Shown in pieces: positions 57,301 through 64,000 of a stretch of DNA of 64,000 nt; the first letter of the stretch is position 1, and the number at the start of each line of letters is the position of its first letter. The notes beneath the pieces were generated by a model, which worked only from the letters and a program-made list of their open reading frames with translations, made no database searches and was not told the origin of the DNA. A program made the position numbers and the translations under genes. Origin of the DNA: Nannocystales bacterium (GTDB lineage: Bacteria; Myxococcota_A; Polyangia; Nannocystales; Nannocystaceae); the NCBI GenBank assembly GCA_050633305.1, contig JBOEGF010000007.1:128001-192000 (forward strand). Direction: 5' to 3'.

Positions 57301-59687
57301 ACGCCGATGCCACCGCGATCCTCGAGAAACTGGTCACGCTGCACGACAGTGCCGGCCTGCTACGATTTGCACCGACCGCGCGGGCGGTGGGGTGCTTGTT
57401 CTGGGCGTACTCCAAGGATCCGCGTAAGGACGCGTGGCACCTTCGCTCCCGCAGTTTGGGTCGTCTTCGAGAGGCGTTTGGTGGGTCGACGGCGCAGGTG
57501 CAGCTCGGCGAAGAGTTGGCGCTGGCCGTCGAAGAGTTCCTCGAGACGACTGGGCTTCCCGAGCCGGCTTCCCATGCGCCCACGACGGGTCGCTATCTGG
57601 TGGAGGAGCTGACCGCACAGCGGCCGATGTTCACGACCAGCGCCGAAGCCAGCAAGCTGGTCGCAGGTCTGATGGAGTACCTCGAGCTTCACGGAGCAGG
57701 CCGGCGGGCGCTGGAGGATGACCTGCAGTCGCTCGAAGGGGACGTGGCTGCGCAGTACCGGCTGGCGCGGTCTTGGCTCGAAGCCTTCCTTCAGCAAGCC
57801 AAGGACGAAGAGGTCCGCGGTCTCGGGCATGTTGCATCGGAGGCGGCTGGCGTGCTGCTGACGCAACGCTCGCTCGAGCGCAACGCGAATGCATCGTTGA
57901 CCCGCGCACAGGCGACGGGGCTGCTGGGGCAGCACGACCTGATTCAGAGCGGGGCGCTGAACCTTCGCATCGACGAGTTCCTCGAGCGTCTGGGGGCGTT
58001 CAAGCATGAGCGTGTTCCGGGCTACCAGAACTACCGGGAAGTGCGGACGTCGGTCATCGAGTCCGAGCGACGTCGGCTGCGTGTCGACGAGTACAAACCG
58101 CGGGTACTCAGCTCGTTCGTCCGCAACAAGCTGATCAACGAGGTCTACCTGCCGCTGATCGGGGACAACCTCGCCAAGCAGCTGGGCGCGGCGGGGGACA
58201 GCAAGCGAACCGACCTGATGGGCCTGTTGCTGCTCATCTCTCCCCCGGGCTACGGAAAAACGACCCTGATGGAGTACGTCGCGAGCCGGTTGGGCCTGGC
58301 GTTCGTCAAGATCAACGGGCCCGCGCTTGGCCACTCCGTGGTCTCGATCGACCCGAGCGAAGCGCCCAACGCGACGGCGCGGCAAGAGGTCGAGAAGATC
58401 AACCTGGCGTTGGAGATGGGCAACAATGTGATGCTGTATCTCGACGACATTCAGCACACCCACCCCGAGTTGCTGCAGAAGTTCATCTCGTTGTGTGATG
58501 CCCAGCGGCGCATCGAGGGCGTTTGGAATGGCCGGACCCGGACCTACGACCTTCGTGGCAAGAAGTTCTGCGTGGTCATGGCAGGCAACCCGTACACCGA
58601 GGCTGGAGAGAAGTTCCAGATTCCCGACATGCTCGCCAACCGGGCCGACACGTACAACCTCGGCGACATCCTCTCGGGGAAAGGGGACGCGTTTGCGCTG
58701 AGCTACATCGAGAACGCGATCACATCGAACCCCGTGCTCGCGCAGCTGGCCACCCGTGAACAGGCGGACATCTACAAGCTGGTGCGCATGGCCCAGGGCG
58801 AGGACGTGAACACCTCGGAGCTCTCCCATGGCTACTCAGCCGTCGAGATCGGAGAGATCGTCGCGGTGCTTCAGCACATGTTCAAGGCCCAAGATGTGTT
58901 GCTCAAGGTCAACATGCAGTACATCGAGTCGGCGTCGATGGACGACCAGTACCGCACAGAGCCGCGGTTTCAGCTTCAGGGCTCGTACCGCAACATGGCC
59001 AAGCTCGCGGAGAAGATTGTGCCCGCGATGAACGACGACGAGATGCGACGGCTCATCGACGACCACTACGTGGGAGAGGCGCAAACGCTGACCTCGGGCG
59101 CCGAGCACAACCTGCTCAAGTTGGCGGAGCTGCGCGGGACACTCACCGAGGAGCAGGCCGCGCGATGGGCCCAGATCAAGAAGGACTTCGGCCGGGTCAA
59201 GCTCATGGGCGGGAGCGACGACGACCCGATCGCTCGGGTCACGGGGCAGCTCACCGGGCTCTCGGAGAAGCTCGGCGGTATCCAGACGGCCATGCAGGAA
59301 AACTCCGCGGTCACCGACAAGCTCGATGGAATCGAGCGGGCGGTCACCGGGGCAGCTCAACTGATGCAGCAGGGTGCGTCCAAGAAGCACGAGGCTTCCG
59401 AACGGGATGCGGCGTTCATCGGCGCCATGCAGAATCTCTCTGCGGCGGTCTCCCAACTTCAAAACCCGCGGCTTCAGGTCAGCATCGAGAACAAGGCGCC
59501 TCCGGGGGTCGAGGAGTTGCTCGCGCAGCAGGTCGCGATCATCGAGCGTACGTTGGTCCCGCTGGTTCGCAGTACCAACGAGCACCTCGGCAACCCGACC
59601 AAGGTCGACGCGAAGGTTCAGGAGTTGCTGGGGATCGTGCGCTCGATGGATGCCCAGCTTCGGCAGCGTCGCGGCGCACAGACCTAG
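54345..59687 (+). CDS. Giant AAA+ ATPase (family commonly labelled 'DNA repair ATPase', DUF3686-like)
   Basis: Start chosen at MAEEKQ; VRTENNCLPRD N-terminus; long coiled coil; Walker A SPPGYGKT; Walker B LYLDD; MAGNPY; MLANRAD. Confidence 0.88.
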   Translation: MAEEKQATVEGTAEGTEEVGGSYDVIRERLVAQAKDLSERASKLNDARVAEFGGTELAVIGNERVRTENNCLPRDILQVGGRLLFGYNVFLGLRSETSASDVFSLHNFTQDGETFDVSAVPFETGGDGFLANADFQGQFKELYSFYKEARLIALTRSETKALAVFQIGAAVSDVRVFRWTMDAQGQPSYRDNRGERDYDFPPQHDFEWTVCTRDHQVAGAYPHISIEDEVFVETTGGDLTIKVENNTESGEGIYAEPVNEADQTLDDAEFEYARVGPLILLRILPYREEVRRHLVFSTRSHSVVRVDAIGQACVSLPEDHGVMFPGGYFLQDGQYKVFDGDFSDYEFQRAIRSPNGEDVLYVFHNRTTGTYTLFPYNMIRREVSNPIRCSGYSLFDDGRMVVFRFTGDEPTRVHPMQVWQTPFVSDEYAAAAPASDSLLGKIGNADLVRGISDCLSIKRYVDEQTPSRKVYEDLIANLTRAIDAYYWLGEADTFDLKSVLGEIRSTAELIVDEFEKVVAIRKQASESLAEAADKQETLVRDLRPESWTQVDQFMDALTQLRTQRGHLITMKEMRYMDTARVDELEAEVVEHFDRLSRDTVGFLLKEDSLAPLTTELDRLLERSQAVEKTNEYEPIQEELDRVSDGLNVLSDVASNLQVDDPTARTRILEQISEVFAHQNRVRATLAGRRKELLSAEGKAEFGAQFKLFGQSVQSAISLADSPEKCDEQLSRLMVQLEELEGKFSEFDEFIGELAQKREEVYEALGQKKQQLLDERQRRVQNLWGAAERILQGVTRRASGFKEVDELNAYFASDAMILKVRDLAERILELGDTVKSDEVQSRIKSAKQDALRGLRDRSELFEGGDNLIKFGTHRFTVNTQPLELTVLPKDDGMAISVSGTDFMEAITDEAFLATKDYWSQTLISETPAVYRGEYLAASILFDAEAERDEMSMAQLHAAQREEGGLLALVRKVSGTRYQEGYERGVHDADATAILEKLVTLHDSAGLLRFAPTARAVGCLFWAYSKDPRKDAWHLRSRSLGRLREAFGGSTAQVQLGEELALAVEEFLETTGLPEPASHAPTTGRYLVEELTAQRPMFTTSAEASKLVAGLMEYLELHGAGRRALEDDLQSLEGDVAAQYRLARSWLEAFLQQAKDEEVRGLGHVASEAAGVLLTQRSLERNANASLTRAQATGLLGQHDLIQSGALNLRIDEFLERLGAFKHERVPGYQNYREVRTSVIESERRRLRVDEYKPRVLSSFVRNKLINEVYLPLIGDNLAKQLGAAGDSKRTDLMGLLLLISPPGYGKTTLMEYVASRLGLAFVKINGPALGHSVVSIDPSEAPNATARQEVEKINLALEMGNNVMLYLDDIQHTHPELLQKFISLCDAQRRIEGVWNGRTRTYDLRGKKFCVVMAGNPYTEAGEKFQIPDMLANRADTYNLGDILSGKGDAFALSYIENAITSNPVLAQLATREQADIYKLVRMAQGEDVNTSELSHGYSAVEIGEIVAVLQHMFKAQDVLLKVNMQYIESASMDDQYRTEPRFQLQGSYRNMAKLAEKIVPAMNDDEMRRLIDDHYVGEAQTLTSGAEHNLLKLAELRGTLTEEQAARWAQIKKDFGRVKLMGGSDDDPIARVTGQLTGLSEKLGGIQTAMQENSAVTDKLDGIERAVTGAAQLMQQGASKKHEASERDAAFIGAMQNLSAAVSQLQNPRLQVSIENKAPPGVEELLAQQVAIIERTLVPLVRSTNEHLGNPTKVDAKVQELLGIVRSMDAQLRQRRGAQT

Positions 59688-59702
59688 CAGCGGTCCGCCG
59701 TG

Positions 59703-60626
59703 TCATTCGAAGGCGCAGATGCCGACCCCGAGCGCGACCTCCTCGCAGAATTCCCCTTCTGGGCAGTCGCCGGCCGCGACCGAGCAGAAGGGGGTACAGC
59801 AGGGTCCTGAGTCCTCGCAATCCGCAGCCCCGTCACCTGCGCACGTGAGTCCGACGGCACACTCGTTGAGGAAGGCGCACGGGTCGCCCTGTTGGCCTGC
59901 GCCCGGGAGGGACGGCACGCAGATGAATCCGTCCTCCAGATCCCCGGTGACACACGTCTGGCCCTGGGGGCAGTCGGGCGGGTCGCTCAGCGGGTTGCAG
60001 TTGGGGTGGCACAATCCGAAGGTCTCGACCCCGGCCGTGTAGAGGAAGCAGTACGAGCCGGGCTCGCAGGGAAACACTTCGTCCGGGTCGCAGAACGAGA
60101 CGCACGTAGGCAGGTCGGAGAAGGGGTCGCACAGGGACCGCTCCGGACAGGCGTCGGCTCCGAGAACACCGCCGCATCGGTGGACACATGGATCCCCTCG
60201 CTGCAACGGTTGGATCTCCGCCGGTTGCTCGACACACGCGACTCCCGTGAATTCCTCGTCTGCACCGTAGGGGCGGCAGTGCCCATCGAGGCATGTGCCC
60301 GCGGAATACAAGTCGCAGTCTCCGTCCGCGCCGTGCACCTTGAAGCATATCTCCGTCCCCGTGCTGCTCTCGCCGGGCCAGGTTGTGTCTGTTGAGTCTT
60401 CCGTTGCGGGCGCAGAGTCCGTTGTGGCGTCGAGTGTGGTCGCGCTGTCGCGGGTCGGATCGCCGGTGATGCTGCTCGTGGTCCCGCTGGCGTCCATGCT
60501 CTTGCTGGGGCGGTCAGTCTCCGCTGGCTCTTCGTCGAACGCCCCGTTGAGCCGCGTACAGCCCGCAGCACAGAGCGCCACGACGACCGAAAGGGCCCAA
60601 CGACTCATCACACTCCAAGATGGCAT
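59703..60626 (-). CDS. Cys-rich lipoprotein with Thr/Ser stalk
   Basis: AAGC lipobox; Cys-rich repeats (CNPLS..CPQGQTC, GDPCAFLNECAVGLTC, CCTPFC). Confidence 0.8.
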   Translation of the reverse strand: MPSWSVMSRWALSVVVALCAAGCTRLNGAFDEEPAETDRPSKSMDASGTTSSITGDPTRDSATTLDATTDSAPATEDSTDTTWPGESSTGTEICFKVHGADGDCDLYSAGTCLDGHCRPYGADEEFTGVACVEQPAEIQPLQRGDPCVHRCGGVLGADACPERSLCDPFSDLPTCVSFCDPDEVFPCEPGSYCFLYTAGVETFGLCHPNCNPLSDPPDCPQGQTCVTGDLEDGFICVPSLPGAGQQGDPCAFLNECAVGLTCAGDGAADCEDSGPCCTPFCSVAAGDCPEGEFCEEVALGVGICAFE

Positions 60627-60690
60627 GAGGTCCCTCGTTCCACCAGGGAACGACGATGCGGTGCGGTGAGCGCCTGCTACCTTCGGCGCC

Positions 60691-61563
60691 ATGCGACGAT
60701 CGATGTTCGGCCCTGCCGTGGCTCTATCCATCGCCTCCTGTGTTCCCAAGGCCGACTACGACGAAGCGAAGTCGCAACTGGCCGAGGCGCGGCAGGCCCT
60801 GCTCGATGCAGGGGCGGAAGAGGAACGGCAAGGCCGTGAACTGGGAGAGGTTCGCGCCACGCTTGCGCGGTACGAGGCGGAACTCGAGGCTGCACACCAA
60901 GAGGCCGCGACGCTCCGCCGCGAGCTGGAGATGACCGCCGTTCAGCGGGACGCGCGCGCAGCCGAGCTTGCGAACGCGATGAACGACCAGGACGCGCTGC
61001 AGGCCTCCATCGAGGCGATGACGCAGGCGCTGGCCGAAGCCAACGAGCGGGAGCTTGCTGCGGAGCGCCGGGTGTACGAGTTCAAGACCCTTCTCGCTCG
61101 GTTCCAGACGCTCATCGATGCGGGAAAGCTCCGGATCAAGATCGTCGATGGCCGGATGGTGCTCGAGCTGCCCACCGACATCTTGTTTGGCAGCGGCTCC
61201 GCTTCGCTCTCGGCCGAGGGGGAATCCGCGTTGCAGGAAGTTGGCGCAGTGCTCGCCGAGATGTCCGACCGCTCGTTCCAGGTCGAAGGGCACACCGACG
61301 ACGTCCCGATCGACACCAAGCGGTTCGGCGACAACTGGGAGCTCGCAGCTGCCCGAGCCCTCGGCGTGCGCGCAACGCTCGAGGCGGCCGGCATGAAGCC
61401 CTCGCAGCTCAGCGCGGCGAGCTTTGCCGACACCCACCCGGTCGCCGGGAATGGCACGCCCGAGGGGAAAGGCGCCAATCGCAGGATCGAGATCGTGCTC
61501 CGTCCCGACCTCTCCGCGTTGCCGGGCGCCGAGGAGCTCGAGGCCCTCGAGACGCGCCGCTGA
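60691..61563 (+). CDS. OmpA/MotB-family peptidoglycan-binding lipoprotein with coiled coil
   Basis: IASC lipobox; ILFGSGSA, VEGHTDDVPI, NWELAAARA, NRRIEI. Confidence 0.9.
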   Translation: MRRSMFGPAVALSIASCVPKADYDEAKSQLAEARQALLDAGAEEERQGRELGEVRATLARYEAELEAAHQEAATLRRELEMTAVQRDARAAELANAMNDQDALQASIEAMTQALAEANERELAAERRVYEFKTLLARFQTLIDAGKLRIKIVDGRMVLELPTDILFGSGSASLSAEGESALQEVGAVLAEMSDRSFQVEGHTDDVPIDTKRFGDNWELAAARALGVRATLEAAGMKPSQLSAASFADTHPVAGNGTPEGKGANRRIEIVLRPDLSALPGAEELEALETRR

Positions 61564-61680
61564 CCCCGTTTTTTCTGGTGGGGTACGAGTCCACCCACAT
61601 TGGCCCCGGGCTGGGACTGCCGTACCCTGGCCTCGTCGATTCTGGGCTGGGCTTCCCAGGCATAGAAAGGGCACACCTAC

Positions 61681-63468
61681 ATGAAAAAACTCGTCTACCT
61701 GTTTCCTGCAGTGATCGCACTTGGCTTCGCGGGCTGTACCGATGATGCCACCGGCACCGCCGACACCGACTCGGATACCGAAGACGGGACCACGGCTGCC
61801 ACGGACCCTACGGATCCCACGGACCCCACCACCGGTGGTTCGACGACCACGGACCCGACGCTCGACCCCGAGACCGGCTCGGAGAGCGGGACCACGGATC
61901 CTCCCGGCTGTGATGAAGATGACGCGTGCACGCCGGATACGGTCGAGGCCGACTGTGGTGCGAACTTCAACTGCGTGGCGTGCTTGTGCGTCCCGGACGG
62001 CGACGCGCCTCTGTGTCCCGATGGCTGGGGCGACGGGGCGTATGCGGACTGTGGAAACGGGGAGCCGTGCGGCGGCGAGCTGCAAAGCGCCTGCGTTGCC
62101 GGAACGGGCGACGCCTCGGTCTGTCTGTTCTTGGGCTGCGAGGAACTCTGTGATTGTCCCGCGCCCCCGGAGGGCTTCGAGGACCTCGGCAGGTGCGTGG
62201 ACCAGTTCGGTCCCGGCGGCGTGCTCGATGATGTCAACGACTGCTTCCTCGATTGCAGCGGCGGCGAGGCCTGTCCCGGCGGCATGTTCTGCGACGGCGG
62301 CGTTTGTTTCGTTGGAGAGGGACCGCCTCCGGCGACAGGCTACGGCGACTGCGTGAACAACGAGGGCTGTGCAAACGCAAACGAGGGCTGCATCGCCGAC
62401 AACGTCGCGGACCCGACGCTCGGCTTCTGCACTTCGGGTTGCGAGAGCGCTGACGATTGCAACGACGCGCCCGCAACCGGGGATGCGCCGGTCACATGCG
62501 ATGACCTCACCGGGGACATGATGGGGAACTGCTTCCTCGACTGCGCCGGTGGCGAGACGTGTCCCGATGGGATGTCGTGCGCGTTCAACTCGTTCTGCGC
62601 GTGGGACGTCGTTCCCGACTCTGGCTATGCAGACTGCGCGAGCCAGCCCGACAGCGTCTGCCTCACGGGTGAGACGTGTGTCGAGAACGTCGACAAGGCA
62701 ACCGGCACCACCGAGATCTGCGCTGCAGCTGACTGTGTCGACCCCGCGGCGGATTGCCCGGACCTGCCTGTGACCGGGGACGCGCCCGCCGCTTGTATGG
62801 ACATTGATGGGGCCGCGGGCGACGAGTGCGTGCTCGACTGTAGCGCCGCCCAAACTTGCCCCGACGGAGCTGTCTGCACCGAGGCCGGCTTCTGCTCGTA
62901 CGAGGTTCCAACGTTCACCTTCATGGAAGACTTCCAGGGTGGGGCGCTCCCCGCTGGGTGGACCGTGCAGAACGTCGATGGCCTGACGCCGGATGCGATG
63001 GTCTCGTTCGTGGACGATGCGTGGGTCGTCGCCGACAACCAGTCTCCACTCACTCCCGCCGGAGAGTTCTGGGCGATCAGCACGTCGTGGTACGCCCCCG
63101 TGGGAACCTCGGATGACTGGATCATCTCACCGGTGATCACGCTCGGCGCAACTGCGACGCTTCAATGGAGCGCGTTCACGGTGAACCCTGCGTTCGCCGA
63201 CGGATACGAGGTGTACGTGGTCCCGACGACCGTGACCGAGTTCACGGACTTTGTCGGTGATGGCGACCCGACGGCGTTCCTGGCTCTGGACTCGATGGTC
63301 GTGCCTTCGGCCGAGCCCGTGTTCCAGATCGACGAGGAAGAGGGCTCCATTCAGAACCGCGGCGTCGACATCGGCGGATTGGCCGGGCAGGACGTGCATG
63401 TCGCGTTCCGGAACAACTCCGACGACGCGCTGTTGCTCTTCGTCGACAACATCGCCGTCATCGAGTAG
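61681..63468 (+). CDS. Cys-rich repeat lipoprotein with C-terminal cleaved-adhesin-like domain
   Basis: RBS gaaaggg; FAGC lipobox; three G(A)Y(G/A)DC-initiated repeats; EDFQGG..PAGWT..STSWY..DDWIISP..VAFRN..VDNI. Confidence 0.85.
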   Translation: MKKLVYLFPAVIALGFAGCTDDATGTADTDSDTEDGTTAATDPTDPTDPTTGGSTTTDPTLDPETGSESGTTDPPGCDEDDACTPDTVEADCGANFNCVACLCVPDGDAPLCPDGWGDGAYADCGNGEPCGGELQSACVAGTGDASVCLFLGCEELCDCPAPPEGFEDLGRCVDQFGPGGVLDDVNDCFLDCSGGEACPGGMFCDGGVCFVGEGPPPATGYGDCVNNEGCANANEGCIADNVADPTLGFCTSGCESADDCNDAPATGDAPVTCDDLTGDMMGNCFLDCAGGETCPDGMSCAFNSFCAWDVVPDSGYADCASQPDSVCLTGETCVENVDKATGTTEICAAADCVDPAADCPDLPVTGDAPAACMDIDGAAGDECVLDCSAAQTCPDGAVCTEAGFCSYEVPTFTFMEDFQGGALPAGWTVQNVDGLTPDAMVSFVDDAWVVADNQSPLTPAGEFWAISTSWYAPVGTSDDWIISPVITLGATATLQWSAFTVNPAFADGYEVYVVPTTVTEFTDFVGDGDPTAFLALDSMVVPSAEPVFQIDEEEGSIQNRGVDIGGLAGQDVHVAFRNNSDDALLLFVDNIAVIE

Positions 63469-63496
63469 CTCACGCTCAACATCGTCATGCGGTCGC

Positions 63497-63530
63497 AAAG
63501 GAGTCGGGCATTTTGCCCGGCTCCTTTTTT
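63497..63530 (+). terminator. Intrinsic terminator
   Basis: aaaggagtcgggca/tgcccggctccttt stem followed by a T-run. Confidence 0.8.
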
Positions 63531-64000
63531 CGTGAGGCGTCGTTCGGGGGGGCCTGCCCGATCGGGCTCCGCGGTGGAGCTCTCCATCGCTCTCAACGGT
63601 GCCGCACAGGTCAGCGCGAGCTCGAAGCTTGTTGGGGAAGCGAAGAAGACGGGAGAAACCGACAGGCGTCGAACGAAACGCCTACGCCCGGCTTGGCTCG
63701 CGAAAGTCTCATCCCGGACACCGGGAAGAAGCCGACCTGTAGAAGGACTTCAGGCGCTTGCACGGGGCGGCGTGGTCGAAAGCCTCTCCGTAGACGTCGT
63801 GGAGCGGACGGTGCGAGGGCTGTTGGATGAAGGTGAGTTCGAAGGCGTGTTTTTCGAACTGCCTTGACGGGACCTTCCCTGAGCCGGCGAGGGCGGGACT
63901 CGCGTCGAGGAGTAGGCATCTTTCAGCCGGAGAAAAAATGGTCTGCTTCCGGCGTGCCGCCGATGCGCTCGTAGTCGCTCGCGCGAACTCGGGGCGGCTC

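Noticed and set aside
60724..62853. 709-aa minus-strand ORF spanning two genes
   Set aside because: Antisense to two well-supported plus-strand genes; no recognisable motifs.
63611..63919. 102-aa minus-strand ORF as an intact gene
   Set aside because: Arg/Pro-rich N-terminal half lacks coding character; treated only as part of a possible remnant.

Overview
This is a GC-rich, gene-dense bacterial window with about 41 credible CDS and no rRNA, tRNA, CRISPR array or recognisable mobile element. The gene content (many Cys-rich lipoproteins with Thr/Asp/Ser linkers, CYP51, PP2C/FHA proteins, an ECF-CHAT cassette, a DUF1501-type operon) suggests a myxobacterium, probably Nannocystaceae-like; this is an inference. 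From left to right: a TRAP-T (TatT/DctP/DctQ/DctM) transporter; a hybrid histidine kinase lacking its phospho-His; ate-arcA-arcC; a stand-alone CYP51; two tandem ~1430-aa thrombospondin type-3 repeat lipoproteins; PP2C, methyltransferase, nth, FHA protein, HAD-UbiA and Nudix genes; a head-to-head lipoprotein pair sharing an N-terminal domain; rraA; an FG-GAP lipoprotein; a lipoprotein/DUF1501-like/CxxCH operon; RibD-like, lipase, nucleosidase-like and patatin genes; an ECF sigma/anti-sigma/exported CHAT cassette divergent from a trypsin-like lipoprotein; two CBS proteins and a gluzincin peptidase; a YqiJ-like/flotillin/giant AAA+ ATPase operon with a duplicated 90-nt three-hairpin element; and MotB/OmpA-like and Cys-rich lipoproteins. 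The best candidates for under-described systems are the flotillin-AAA+ operon with its structured repeat, the ECF/CHAT cassette and the paired giant TSP3 lipoproteins. Family names come from motif recognition by eye, not from database searches, and several start codons are my choice rather than the longest ORF.
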